DNA from: Promethearchaeota archaeon Loki_b32
Lineage (GTDB): Archaea; Asgardarchaeota; Lokiarchaeia; Sigyniarchaeales; SOKP01
Assembly: GCA_005223125.1 (NCBI GenBank)
Contig: NJBH01000003.1
Coordinates: 32,001 to 96,000, forward strand
Length of the DNA stretch: 64,000 bases
Direction of reading: 5' to 3'
The position numbers were made by a program, and so were the translations under genes. The notes below the pieces were generated by a model. It was not told the DNA's origin, did not search any database, and saw only the letters and a program-made list of their open reading frames with translations. Position 1 is the first letter of the stretch, and each line of letters begins with the position of its first letter. This document shows, in pieces, positions 21,079 to 31,336 of the stretch.

Positions 21079-22841
21079 TCAAACAACACTCACCCGACAA
21101 AAATAAATAGGCTCCTTGAGCTTAATAGAAAGGTTTATCTTCGTTAAATCCTTATTTTATTTAATGCCAACAAAACCTTCTGAAATTAAAAAAGCTACAA
21201 TCCATACTTATTGGAAATCTAAAGAAGGATTGATTTGCCCCTTATGTTCTTCTCAATTACAACATGAATTTAATAATGGAGGCAGGAAGATTATTACTTT
21301 AAAGGGACCTGTATGGGTAATGACTAATTATTATAGCTGCATTAATCCTAAGTGTGAAATGCACGAGGCATTTCCAGTAGCATATCATTCTGCCATGCAA
21401 CGGAAGCGATTTTCCTTGGAAGTATGGGAAAAAGTGATACAACATCATTTCAAGCATCATCTTAATTATTCCACTATCGTTGAACTCATGTGGGACGATT
21501 GGGACGTGTCAATTTCGAGGAACACGGTGAGAAACATCTGCGAATTTTTTGAAATGGCAGGAAAGCAATACACGGACAAAAAAGTCCTAAAAGAGGTAGA
21601 ATCAAGCGGGAAAATTGTTTTATCGCTTGATGGTGCCCAACCAGTTAAGAGCGAGCCTTCTCTTTGGGTCTTTTCTGATCGCCTCACGGGAAACGTGCTC
21701 CTTGCAAGGAACTTAGAATCTGCTCCCGCATTCGCGTTATGTGCTATATTTCGAGAAATTGAAATGCTCTATGGCGTTCCCATCGTAGCCATCATTTCCG
21801 ACAAGCAAAAAAACATTGTGAATAGTGTCAAGCAATTCAAACCAGATATCCCACAGGTGTATTGCCAGTACCACTTCCTTAACCACGTTGCCGAGCCCAT
21901 TGCTTCGAAAGATTCGCATCTCAAGAAAATTCTTCGGAAATCTGTAAAACAACTCTCAATTGTCTATAATAGTAAATATACCGATTCAAACAAGTTATAC
22001 AAGTTGTTTCATCCCATTAGCGAGGAGCTGAAATGTGCCATCTCCACGCGTGGTGTTCGATTTGACGTGTTTCCGGGAATCGAAGCATATGCGAATTTAG
22101 AGTATGTTGTATCACGATTGGAACAATTCGGGGAAATAGAGTTCGCTCCGAAAGTTTTTCGCACACTGAACGCTCTTCTTGCAGCATTAAAGAATTTACT
22201 TAGAGAGAATCGTCATTTACGAGAGGAGATAACCTCCTTGATACCTGATTTTCAGCAGATTCGTAAGATTTTGGCCAAAAGGGAGAAAAAATCTTCTCAA
22301 ATCGAGAAAGAAGTGAAAAAATGGATGTACAAACTCCAGAGCCGCTTGAAAAGGAGAAAATTGGAGTCTAATCCTCAGAACATCAAGTGGCAACAACCTT
22401 CTTTCAAGTTAAGTTGCGAGGAAATATGGCAACAATGGATTAGGTTAGTAAATTCTTATAGTGAAGGATTATACAAGGCTTATGATGTCGAGGAATTAGA
22501 GTTTACCAATAACGCCAAAGAACAGCTGTTTCACCGCAGTAAGCACCATTTTAAAGCCCTATTGGGCCGTGAAAACGTTGCAAGAGCGTTTCTGAACCAC
22601 GGAGGACTGCATGTCCAGTTATTAGATATCGATTTTACGAAAAAAAAAGTTACAAGCGTGCTGTTAGCGTGCGAAACCCCACTTATTGAAGCCCACAGGA
22701 AAGAATTTAACGCACAATACGCAACAATAAGAAGAACGTGGAGAATTAGAGAAAAAGACACAGGAAACTTTACCCAATTCAAAATTAATTTGACTCAACT
22801 AGAGATGTCCTAATCTATTTTGTCGAGTGAGTGGGGTTTGA
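21079..22841 (+). mobile_element. IS element with single-ORF DDE transposase and 24-bp inverted repeats
   Basis: 21079-21102 tcaaacaacactcacccgacaaaa vs reverse complement of 22818-22841 tcaaaccccactcactcgacaaaa (21/24); no obvious target-site duplication. Confidence 0.85.
21164..22813 (+). CDS. Transposase (Mutator/IS256/ISL3-like DDE with CxxH)
   Basis: CPLC...CINPKC Zn finger, SLDGAQP, IISDKQ, YCQYH, TNNAKE. Confidence 0.82.
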   Translation: MPTKPSEIKKATIHTYWKSKEGLICPLCSSQLQHEFNNGGRKIITLKGPVWVMTNYYSCINPKCEMHEAFPVAYHSAMQRKRFSLEVWEKVIQHHFKHHLNYSTIVELMWDDWDVSISRNTVRNICEFFEMAGKQYTDKKVLKEVESSGKIVLSLDGAQPVKSEPSLWVFSDRLTGNVLLARNLESAPAFALCAIFREIEMLYGVPIVAIISDKQKNIVNSVKQFKPDIPQVYCQYHFLNHVAEPIASKDSHLKKILRKSVKQLSIVYNSKYTDSNKLYKLFHPISEELKCAISTRGVRFDVFPGIEAYANLEYVVSRLEQFGEIEFAPKVFRTLNALLAALKNLLRENRHLREEITSLIPDFQQIRKILAKREKKSSQIEKEVKKWMYKLQSRLKRRKLESNPQNIKWQQPSFKLSCEEIWQQWIRLVNSYSEGLYKAYDVEELEFTNNAKEQLFHRSKHHFKALLGRENVARAFLNHGGLHVQLLDIDFTKKKVTSVLLACETPLIEAHRKEFNAQYATIRRTWRIREKDTGNFTQFKINLTQLEMS

Positions 22842-22845
22842 AATT

Positions 22846-22864
22846 AAAAAAAAAAAAAAAAAAA
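22846..22864 (-). terminator. Oligo-T (T19) archaeal-type terminator downstream of ABC operon
   Basis: A19 run on the + strand, 28 bp past the stop of the minus-strand permease. Confidence 0.5.
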
Positions 22865-22892
22865 GTATAAATTTTATTTATACTTGGACAGA

Positions 22893-23642
22893 TTACAAAC
22901 CCGGAATTGCTGTTCGTTTATGGATGACATCTAGTACTTTGGAAACAGTTGAGATCAAGACTAGAAAGATGATAGCGATAATAATGAATGTAGCCTCCGG
23001 GATAAACTCCTTAAAAACGAGATAGTGAGCCTTGCCAAAAAGTTCTGGTACTCCAATATACCAGACAACTATAGTATATTTCGGAAGATAAGCGGCTTCG
23101 TTGGACCATGCAGGAATAACACGGCGTAAAGCCTGTGGCAACACGATATGGACTATACCCACCCGACGAGACATACCCAGCGATTGGGCAGCTACTAGTT
23201 GCTCAGTACCAACAGATGTAATAGCACCACGGAGGTATTCAGCTTGATAAGCCGCACTATTAAGACCTAAAGCGAGGATACCTACTAAAATTTCTGGATT
23301 TAATAAGATGAAAGTCATCTCCCTATCACTGATTCTAAAGTTAGTGTAGAAGGCCCACCTTTCAATGGGGATATTCAAGCTATAAGGGAGAAAGTATAGG
23401 AGTAATATCTGTGCTAGTAAAGGTGTACCCCGCACAATTTCGATGTACCCAGTAGCAATCCGTGAAATAATTGCCCCCCCATATTGGCGAAGAATGGCGA
23501 GGAAAAGGCCAAGAAAAAAGCCTATCATTAGTGCCCATACATATAACCAAATCATCATTATAAAACCTTCTAGGATTTCATCCCAGTATTCTAGTACGGC
23601 AAGTAAGTCCTGAATTTCCTGAGGGAGAGCTTGGAACATCAT
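22893..23642 (-). CDS. Polar amino-acid ABC transporter permease
   Basis: [27 protein letters not shown]...VLPQA. Confidence 0.9.
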   Translation of the reverse strand: MMFQALPQEIQDLLAVLEYWDEILEGFIMMIWLYVWALMIGFFLGLFLAILRQYGGAIISRIATGYIEIVRGTPLLAQILLLYFLPYSLNIPIERWAFYTNFRISDREMTFILLNPEILVGILALGLNSAAYQAEYLRGAITSVGTEQLVAAQSLGMSRRVGIVHIVLPQALRRVIPAWSNEAAYLPKYTIVVWYIGVPELFGKAHYLVFKEFIPEATFIIIAIIFLVLISTVSKVLDVIHKRTAIPGL

Positions 23643-24430
23643 TTGTCTTCTTCCTCTTTTGACAACTTCAGAAGTCCTTTATGGCTTCCGTATAAAATAT
23701 CAAGTTGTTTAAGAAAAGTCTTCACACGATCAGATTTTGGTGAGGCGAAGAAGTGTTGTGGAGTTCCACGTTCTATTATGACGCCATTACCGAGGAAGAG
23801 CATTTCTGATGCAACAGCTCCAGCGAATCCCATCTCGTGAGTTACTACTATCATTGTAGTACCAGTTTTAGCAAGCTCTAACATTACTTGAAGTACTTCT
23901 CCGATCAGTTCAGGATCCAAGGCAGAGGTAGGTTCGTCAAACAAGATAACATCAGGCTCCATTACCAATGCACGTGCAATACCTATACGCTGTTGTTGAC
24001 CACCGGATAGTTGTGCAGGATAATGATCAGCCCATTCCGCCATCTTTACTTGATTTAAAGCCTTTAATGCCTTCGAACGAGCTTCTTCCTTTGATACACC
24101 TTTTACTCGGCGAAGACCGATACTAACGTTATTTATTGCTCTGAGATGCGCAAAAAGATTAAAATGTTGGAATACCATACCGATATTTGCTCGCATTATG
24201 TTAAGATTGATTCCAGGCTCCATTAGATTCTGTTCCGAGAGATAGACCTCACCTTGGTCTGGTGGGTCCAGCATATTGATGCAACGAAGCAATGTGCTCT
24301 TACCAGAGCCACTTGGTCCGAAAATAACCTTCACCTCTTGTTCCATTAACTCAAATGAGACCCCCTTAAGAACCTCCAATTCTCCATACGATTTCCACAC
24401 ATCAACTATGCGTAGCACGGGTTTACCCAT
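23639..24430 (-). CDS. Polar amino-acid ABC transporter ATP-binding protein (GlnQ-like)
   Basis: [33 protein letters not shown]. Confidence 0.93.
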   Translation of the reverse strand: MGKPVLRIVDVWKSYGELEVLKGVSFELMEQEVKVIFGPSGSGKSTLLRCINMLDPPDQGEVYLSEQNLMEPGINLNIMRANIGMVFQHFNLFAHLRAINNVSIGLRRVKGVSKEEARSKALKALNQVKMAEWADHYPAQLSGGQQQRIGIARALVMEPDVILFDEPTSALDPELIGEVLQVMLELAKTGTTMIVVTHEMGFAGAVASEMLFLGNGVIIERGTPQHFFASPKSDRVKTFLKQLDILYGSHKGLLKLSKEEEDK

Positions 24431-24432
24431 CT

Positions 24433-25161
24433 TTATCCACCTCCCATTCCCAACTCTTTAAGTTTCTTGGTTTGCCGTTCGCCAAATAATCTTGTTATAG
24501 GATAGGTGAGTAGAAAATATAGAATCGCCACAACGCCTATAGATACAGCCCACAACTCGACAAAATTTGATGATATCTGTAAAGCTGCGTTTGTCATCTC
24601 GACTATTCCAACCGTGAGGGCAAAAGATGAATCCTTGATGACTACCGCATATTCATTAGACCAGCTAGGAACAGCTAGCCGTAAGGCTTGAGGCAATAGA
24701 ATAGTTCGTAAAGCTTGGAAACGGCTCATCCCCAATGCACGAGCAGCTTCCTCCTGTCCTGGATTCACGGATAGAAGAGCGCCGCGAAAAATCTGAGATT
24801 GATAAGCTCCACTGCGAAGGGCAAGCGCCAAAAATACACCGAAAAGTGGTCTATATTGTGGCTCTATGCCAAAACATGTATCACCAATGCAAATCTCATA
24901 CAAATTAGTTAGATAAATAGCAAAGACGAATATCAGAACCAGAATTGGGATTCCACGAAAAAGTTTTTCATAGCCACTCGCTAACCAATTAAGTTCTTTG
25001 CCACCATAAACGCGCATAATTGCCAGTGATAAACCTATCACAAACCCACCTAATAGGCCTAGAACTGTGAGTATTAACGTTCTAGGCAATCCTTTCACAA
25101 AAATATAAAAACCAATTTCAGCAAGATTAGGAGGTTTCGGAATGCTGTTCACCCAAACCAT
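24433..25161 (-). CDS. Polar amino-acid ABC transporter permease
   Basis: [24 protein letters not shown]. Confidence 0.9.
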   Translation of the reverse strand: MVWVNSIPKPPNLAEIGFYIFVKGLPRTLILTVLGLLGGFVIGLSLAIMRVYGGKELNWLASGYEKLFRGIPILVLIFVFAIYLTNLYEICIGDTCFGIEPQYRPLFGVFLALALRSGAYQSQIFRGALLSVNPGQEEAARALGMSRFQALRTILLPQALRLAVPSWSNEYAVVIKDSSFALTVGIVEMTNAALQISSNFVELWAVSIGVVAILYFLLTYPITRLFGERQTKKLKELGMGGG

Positions 25162-25949
25162 TTTTCGATGAGTAAATCCATTGATCCATCTCCAAATGCA
25201 TTAAGGATGACTTTATTGATTTCTTTCATCAGTTCGGGTTCTTCCCAACGGCACCAAAGTGCTGTAGGCTCAGCTGGTACTGTGAATATAGACTTAAATG
25301 CGTACGTTTTCGCATAGACGGTAAAAACTGGTTCATCTACAAACGCAGCATCAATAGTTCCAAGATCTAATGCGGCCATAAGCACGTCAGCTTTAGGGTA
25401 TACTAAAAGATTTACGCCTTCAGTCATGCCGAGATCTTTTAAGGTATCATGCTGTGTGGTACCCGATTGAACACCAACGGTGTAAGCTGTAATTTCCGTT
25501 AAACTAGTGATATTAATCGTTGAGACACTCTGGACGATGACAACCTCATTTACACGAATATAAGGCACGGAATGCGCGAGTTGTTCTGCACGAGTTGATG
25601 TAACCATCATTGCAGCCGCAATCATATCGATACTACCTGCTTTACAAGCACCAATCAGGAGATCAAAATCCATATCTGTCATTATAAGGGCAACACCGAG
25701 GTGCACAGCTATCATGGCTGACAGATCGATGTCAAAACCTTGCCACTCATCCGCAGTAACATTAAATATCTCAAAAGGGGGCCATGGTTCATCAGTTCCC
25801 ACCATAATATAGCCTTGATCCTGAATCTCCTCGAGTAATGTTTTCCTTTCTGTTGGTTCTGCGGTAAAAAGTGGAGGTATAAACCATCCCGCCAAGAATC
25901 CTCCCGCTAAGCAAACTATCATCCCTACTACTGCAATTTCTCTTTTCAT
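25149..25949 (-). CDS. Polar amino-acid ABC substrate-binding protein (family 3)
   Basis: N-terminal TM anchor, PPFE, GFDIDL, VGVQSGTT, EKWFG. Confidence 0.9.
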   Translation of the reverse strand: MKREIAVVGMIVCLAGGFLAGWFIPPLFTAEPTERKTLLEEIQDQGYIMVGTDEPWPPFEIFNVTADEWQGFDIDLSAMIAVHLGVALIMTDMDFDLLIGACKAGSIDMIAAAMMVTSTRAEQLAHSVPYIRVNEVVIVQSVSTINITSLTEITAYTVGVQSGTTQHDTLKDLGMTEGVNLLVYPKADVLMAALDLGTIDAAFVDEPVFTVYAKTYAFKSIFTVPAEPTALWCRWEEPELMKEINKVILNAFGDGSMDLLIEKWFG

Positions 25950-26420
25950 TTTATATTTACCTCTTATTATTTTTTTTTATTTTATATAATTTTTTTAATT
26001 GATATTTTTGGATAGATTCTGATGGTAAAATAATTCCTAGGTAAATATATAAAGATTTCGATATTTGAGTATAAAATACGAATTATCTTTAATATTAAAA
26101 TTTCTATTACTCACCAACAAGATTTATCATAAAAAATTAATTTATCAATAGCTAAAACAAAACCTAAATTATTCCACGCAATATGGAATTCTTGATCGGT
26201 GTTAAATGTGAAAGTTACTAAAAACGATTTAGAGAGATTCATTTAAAACCTTTGCGATGAAATTCTAATATCACAATGAAAATTTCTTCCACCAGAAAAT
26301 CATTGTCATTAGTAGAACAAATATAAAATTGTATTTAGTTAGAGAAATTAATTAATCATCCATATAAGGTTATTTAGAAATAAAAACAAAGTTCTTATTG
26401 ATTAGGAATTTTAATAATTC

Positions 26421-27593
26421 ATGGATCTCTCAAAAATCACAGAAATTTTTACAGAATCAGTTATACGTGAAATGACACGTATAGCACATCAATATCCTGG
26501 ATGTATTAATCTTGCTCAAGGTTTTCCAGACTTTCCTGCACCTGAACCAATAAAAGATGCTGCGATAAAAGCAATTAAAGAAGATATAAACCAATATTCA
26601 ATCACATGGGGTTCTGAATCTCTAAGGAATGCAATTGCTGATAAAGTTGCTCGTTATAATAAAATGGATTTTGTAGAGGCTGATAAGAATATTACAGTTA
26701 CTTGTGGTTCAACAGAAGCAATGATTTCTTCTATGAAAGCAATTATAAATCCTAAAGATGAAGTAATTATTTTTGAACCATTTTATGAAAATTATGGACC
26801 TGATTGCTTATTATCTGGAGCAATTCCTCGATATATTAAATTATATTCTCCAGAATGGACATTTGATTTTGATGAACTTGAAGTATCTTTCAATGAAAAA
26901 ACTAAAGCCATCATTTTAAATACACCTAATAACCCTACTGGAAAAGTTTTTACCGAAAAAGAATTGAAATTTATTGTTGATTTATGTTTGAACTATGATT
27001 GTATTGCGATGACAGATGAAATTTATGAACATATATTATATGATGACCATAAGCATATCTCTATTGCGTCTTTTCCAGAAATGGAAAATAATTCAATTAC
27101 AATTAACTCAATCTCAAAATCTTATTCACTTACTGGGTGGAGAGTTGGTTGGGCAATAGCTAGTGAGAGAATAACTGCTGAAATTAAAAAAGTTCATGAT
27201 TTTTTAACAGTGGGTGCTCCTGCTCCACTTCAAGAAGCTGCCGCATTTGCACTATCGCTTGGAGACGAGTATTATACACGGTTAAGAGATTTTTATCAAA
27301 AAGCTAGAGATAAACTTTATAATGCTTTAAAAAATACAGATCTGCAGCCAATTAAGCCAGGTGGCGCCTATTATATGATGACAAATTGCGAAGAATATAT
27401 GAAAAATTATGAGCTCAAAAATTCTATGGATTTAGCTATACACTTAGTGAAACGTTTAGGTATAGTAACTGTACCAGGATCTTCATTTTATGCTAATCCA
27501 GAGGATGGACAATTTCAAACTAGATTTTGTTTTTGTAAAAAAGACGAAACGCTTCAAGCAGCCTCTCAAAAGCTAGTTAAGATAAGAAGTTAA
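26421..27593 (+). CDS. Class I/II aminotransferase (YbdL/kynurenine aminotransferase-like)
   Basis: INLAQGFPDF, NTPNNPTGKVF, DEIYEH, SISKSYSLTGWRVGW, RFCFCK. Confidence 0.88.
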   Translation: MDLSKITEIFTESVIREMTRIAHQYPGCINLAQGFPDFPAPEPIKDAAIKAIKEDINQYSITWGSESLRNAIADKVARYNKMDFVEADKNITVTCGSTEAMISSMKAIINPKDEVIIFEPFYENYGPDCLLSGAIPRYIKLYSPEWTFDFDELEVSFNEKTKAIILNTPNNPTGKVFTEKELKFIVDLCLNYDCIAMTDEIYEHILYDDHKHISIASFPEMENNSITINSISKSYSLTGWRVGWAIASERITAEIKKVHDFLTVGAPAPLQEAAAFALSLGDEYYTRLRDFYQKARDKLYNALKNTDLQPIKPGGAYYMMTNCEEYMKNYELKNSMDLAIHLVKRLGIVTVPGSSFYANPEDGQFQTRFCFCKKDETLQAASQKLVKIRS

Positions 27594-27975
27594 GATATTT
27601 ATGAACAGATCATTCCTGATTCTTTCTATTAATTCATATTATTCGGGTTAATATATTAAATTATAGTTCAATCAAGATATTAGGCATTTTTTTCTAATAA
27701 TTTCAAATGATCCGTGAGTATTATGCGCTAAAAAGGTCTATCTTGTCCAGGAATTTTTCCTGTTGCTATCCAAGCTTGATCATCTTTCGGTATAAAAATA
27801 CATGAATAAACACAACTCACTACTTGACTATAAATAGATCTTTTAAAATTAAAGAAATGTTTACATGAGTTATTTAATTGAATCTTATCATTCATTCATT
27901 TCTTTATTAAAATTTTATCACTTCATAAAGTAAAAATAAATAGGTTGTAATAAAATTTTAAAAGAAAAAATTAAT

Positions 27976-28347
27976 TTATTTAGTTTTTAATACGATTGTA
28001 ATTGCTCTCGTTAGGCGGATAACATCCATAACTTTACCTTTTTCCACAGTTATCTGCTCTCGCGAAATCACATGGGTAAAATCTCCTTTTCCATCACATA
28101 CTTTAACGAGTGCATCAGAATCCCCAGACATTACGATGAATGCATCAGATTTAGTACCTTCAGATAAGAGAGCTTTACGATTCTTGATTTCTAAGAAGAA
28201 GGGGTCATCTTTATCTAGATTAAACTGAAAGGACATCTCCCAATCAACATCTTTTCCTGCAATATTCGTAACAAATACCGCTTGAGCTTTTGGAATTGTG
28301 TTTAATTTCTCCACGATTTTACTTAAATTTTCTTTTGCTTGTCCCAT
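27976..28347 (-). CDS. SCP2-like lipid-binding protein
   Basis: SCP2-like size and pattern (FQFNL..FFLEI...ITVEKG); cotranscribed with thiolase and DUF35. Confidence 0.65.
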   Translation of the reverse strand: MGQAKENLSKIVEKLNTIPKAQAVFVTNIAGKDVDWEMSFQFNLDKDDPFFLEIKNRKALLSEGTKSDAFIVMSGDSDALVKVCDGKGDFTHVISREQITVEKGKVMDVIRLTRAITIVLKTK

Positions 28348-28844
28348 TATGATTCTCCTCCTTCATATTCTGACTTTGATATCCAATTTTCATACTCATC
28401 TTCGGGAACAAAGAAAAAATCAGTCATTTTACCCACCCTATCCTTGTTAAAGACCGCCCTAACTTTTTTTCCCTTTTTTATTTTTGAAGGTACTAAATTC
28501 TCAGAAAAAATCCCTTGAAGTAATGCGGTTTCAGCACCATCAAGTTTTATAAACCCTATTCCATAAGGTATCGCTTTGATAAAGGCTGAAGTGGTATACC
28601 ACACTATTGTGCTAACCTCTATTGTTCCAGTTTGTTTGAGTTCCACCCAATTTGCTGGTGTATAGCAATCAGAGCAGTTAATTCTAGGAGGCATCCATAT
28701 CTTTCCACATTTAGTACATTTCGTACCTAATAACTTCTTGTTATTCATTAACTCTATAAAAAACTTTGATTGACCTCCCATTGTGTATTTATACGAAATA
28801 GCAATTTTATCTCGTATTTCATGAGATAGAAATTCTTCACTCAT
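28347..28844 (-). CDS. DUF35 (Zn-ribbon + OB-fold) protein
   Basis: CTKCGKIWMPPRINCSDC; IKLDGA. Confidence 0.85.
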   Translation of the reverse strand: MSEEFLSHEIRDKIAISYKYTMGGQSKFFIELMNNKKLLGTKCTKCGKIWMPPRINCSDCYTPANWVELKQTGTIEVSTIVWYTTSAFIKAIPYGIGFIKLDGAETALLQGIFSENLVPSKIKKGKKVRAVFNKDRVGKMTDFFFVPEDEYENWISKSEYEGGES

Positions 28845-30097
28845 GTTTGTTTCAACCCCTCCTCATTTGCCATTACAATAACTGCGGCATATGCTGCTCC
28901 CGGTCCTCCTATAGAATGCGAAATAGCTCGCCCCTTTTCAATTGTTACTTGATGTTTTCCTGCTTCTCCTCTTAATTGAAGAGCAGCCTCTCCCGTACTC
29001 ATTATCCCAGTTGCACCAACAGCATGTCCACAACCTATTAACCCCCCAGAAGGACAGCAGGGTAATTCCCCTTCAATCCAGGGTCCCTCTCCTGATTTTT
29101 CAAAAGTTTTTTCAATCCAAGAACCACCCTCTCCAAAAGGAACAAACCCAAGCTCCTCATAGGAAATAACTTCCTGTCCTGAGAATGCATCGTGTAATTC
29201 TGCTAAATCTATTAGGCTTTTTATTCTATTATAATCTAGTCCTGCCATTTTATAGGCAGCTTTTGCTGCATATATATTTGAATAAAGTCTTCCCATATCT
29301 TCTCTGTTTCCTATAAAACAATCAGTATTTGCTGCTGCTACCCCAGTAATCCAAACTGGCTTTTCAATCTTTAATTCTCTTACTTTTTCTTCACTTGCTA
29401 GAATCAACGCCGCAGACGCTTCTGAATATAAACAACAATCCAACATTTTGAATGGATAGCAGATTATTCTTGAATTCATGACATCCTCAACGGTTATTTT
29501 CATTGGAGATTGTGCTTTTGGATTATTCATAGCATTTCCATGATTTTTAACACTAACGTAAGCCATTTGTTCCTCCGTTGGATTTCCAAATTCTTCATAA
29601 TGCGCATTTACCATCGACACATAAGAACTCGCTGCCATCATGCCCATAGGGTATTCATATGTCATATCCGCGGAATATGCTATTGCATTTAAAACTTCAG
29701 GTGTAGTAACTCCAGTTTGTTCATCGTAACAGTCATTACATTTTTCAAGACCTATGCATAAACATAAATCTGACAATCCTGAAGCAACTTCTGCATATGC
29801 CATCCTTACTGTGTATCCTCCTGTAGCACCCCCTGTTGCAATACGCGTTCCAGGTTTGTTATTCATCCCAAGATAACTATTTGTAAAAATATCTGGCATA
29901 AATTGCCGTTCAAACAATTCGTTATAGATTCCATAAACGGTTGATTGAATGTTTTTATGAGATATATCAGCTCCATTTTTATTAGCATCTTCTAAGGCAA
30001 GTTTAGTTGCATCATAAGCAAGCTCAAAATAAGTTTTATCTAAATACCTTGCCTTAAAAGGAGTAATTCCAATTCCTATTATTGCTACTTTTTGCAT
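28841..30097 (-). CDS. SCP2-type thiolase-fold protein lacking N-terminal catalytic Cys
   Basis: ATGGATGG in place of ACASG; ELHDAF and GHAVGATG retained. Confidence 0.8.
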   Translation of the reverse strand: MQKVAIIGIGITPFKARYLDKTYFELAYDATKLALEDANKNGADISHKNIQSTVYGIYNELFERQFMPDIFTNSYLGMNNKPGTRIATGGATGGYTVRMAYAEVASGLSDLCLCIGLEKCNDCYDEQTGVTTPEVLNAIAYSADMTYEYPMGMMAASSYVSMVNAHYEEFGNPTEEQMAYVSVKNHGNAMNNPKAQSPMKITVEDVMNSRIICYPFKMLDCCLYSEASAALILASEEKVRELKIEKPVWITGVAAANTDCFIGNREDMGRLYSNIYAAKAAYKMAGLDYNRIKSLIDLAELHDAFSGQEVISYEELGFVPFGEGGSWIEKTFEKSGEGPWIEGELPCCPSGGLIGCGHAVGATGIMSTGEAALQLRGEAGKHQVTIEKGRAISHSIGGPGAAYAAVIVMANEEGLKQT

Positions 30098-30268
30098 ATT
30101 TTACCACTTTTGAAATTTTCTTTTTATTATTTTTAAGGAATAATTATTGATTCATTTTTATTTTAATTAATTATGAAAAAAGTATGAATTGATTCTAAAA
30201 AATTAAATAGGTTAAAAACCAAAATTAATTTAAATACACTTTTTGTGTAAAACTATTAGGGATGAAAT

Positions 30269-30955
30269 TTGCTTAATCGTATAGATCTCAATGGATTCAA
30301 AAAAGTTCAAAAGGAGTATAAAAAAGACCGCTCCAAATGTAAAAAAACATTAGAGGTTAAAGGAAGATGGAGATTAGATGTTGAATATGGTCCACAATTT
30401 GAGACTAAACTAAAAACAGAAAGAGCCGGGGAAATTACGGTACAAACTGATGAAACGATTATCCTTGGAGGAGGAGGAACTGCAGTACATCCTGTTCATT
30501 ATTGCATGGCAGGTTTTTGTGGATGTTTCTCTGCAGCTTTTGCTAAATGGGCTGCAATGGCAGGAATTGAGTTAAGAAAACTTGATATTAGAATAGTTGC
30601 AGATATTGACTTAACCACAGGATTTGGGATTGAGGATGGTATTGATGCCGTGGACAACTATAAACTTGAAATATTTGTTGAGAGTGACGCACCTATAGAA
30701 AAATTAAATGAGGTTCTAGAGGCTACTAAAAAAAGGTGTTTTTGCATGTATTGTATTACGACACCAATAGTTCCTAATATAGATATGATTGTAGAAATTC
30801 CAAAGGAAAAGATGGAAGAAGCTCTTTTTATTTGTCCTACATGCTTCAATAAAACATTGGTCTTTTTAGATGATAATACACAAAAGTGCAAGAATTGTGG
30901 TACTACTGGCTACTTTACTAAACAGCCCGAACCAGAAAAAGTATCTCAAAAATAA
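30269..30955 (+). CDS. OsmC-family protein with C-terminal Zn ribbon
   Basis: TDE...LGGGGTAVHPVHY..GFCGC, KRCFC, then CPTC...CKNC. Confidence 0.75.
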   Translation: MLNRIDLNGFKKVQKEYKKDRSKCKKTLEVKGRWRLDVEYGPQFETKLKTERAGEITVQTDETIILGGGGTAVHPVHYCMAGFCGCFSAAFAKWAAMAGIELRKLDIRIVADIDLTTGFGIEDGIDAVDNYKLEIFVESDAPIEKLNEVLEATKKRCFCMYCITTPIVPNIDMIVEIPKEKMEEALFICPTCFNKTLVFLDDNTQKCKNCGTTGYFTKQPEPEKVSQK

Positions 30956-31033
30956 AAATTATATGGAAAAAAATAATTGTATATAATAAAAACCATACAT
31001 AAAAGTAAAAAAGTAATTTTAAAATTTTAGAGG

Positions 31034-31252
31034 TTGAATTTAATGACAGAAGAATGGCCATATGTTTCTGATAAAGATCAATATGTAAAGACTTTAGAAA
31101 AGGATTTAAAGAAGATTAAAAGTCAATTATACCAGACTCTATTAAACGCAAATAAAACTGTAATCCAAAACCAAAAACTACAAGAGCAATTAAATCAATA
31201 TCAAATTGAAAACTCTAAATTAAAGACTCAGATTAAAGATTTAACTAAATAA
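31034..31252 (+). CDS. Small coiled-coil protein
   Basis: Heptad L/I pattern; gagg RBS-like sequence before the start. Confidence 0.55.
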   Translation: MNLMTEEWPYVSDKDQYVKTLEKDLKKIKSQLYQTLLNANKTVIQNQKLQEQLNQYQIENSKLKTQIKDLTK

Positions 31253-31336
31253 ATTAAAAAACGAATTATCAAAATTATAGAAGAAAAATTTGAAATTATT
31301 AGTATATTAAACTAAAATTGAAAAAGTGATGTAAGT

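Noticed and set aside
20996-21163. N-terminal extensions of the DUF362 and transposase ORFs
   Set aside because: They run through AT-rich intergenic DNA and the IS end; downstream ATGs fit better.
27600-27830. Possible gene remnant on the - strand (YSCIFIPKDDQAWIATGKIPGQDRPF*)
   Set aside because: Looks coding but is short, has several stops and matches no family I recognise.
30235-30249. tacac-ttttt-gtgta palindrome before osmC, with loose look-alikes near 48261 and 54585
   Set aside because: Arms of only 5 bp in AT-rich DNA with inconsistent spacing and position; too weak to call a regulon.
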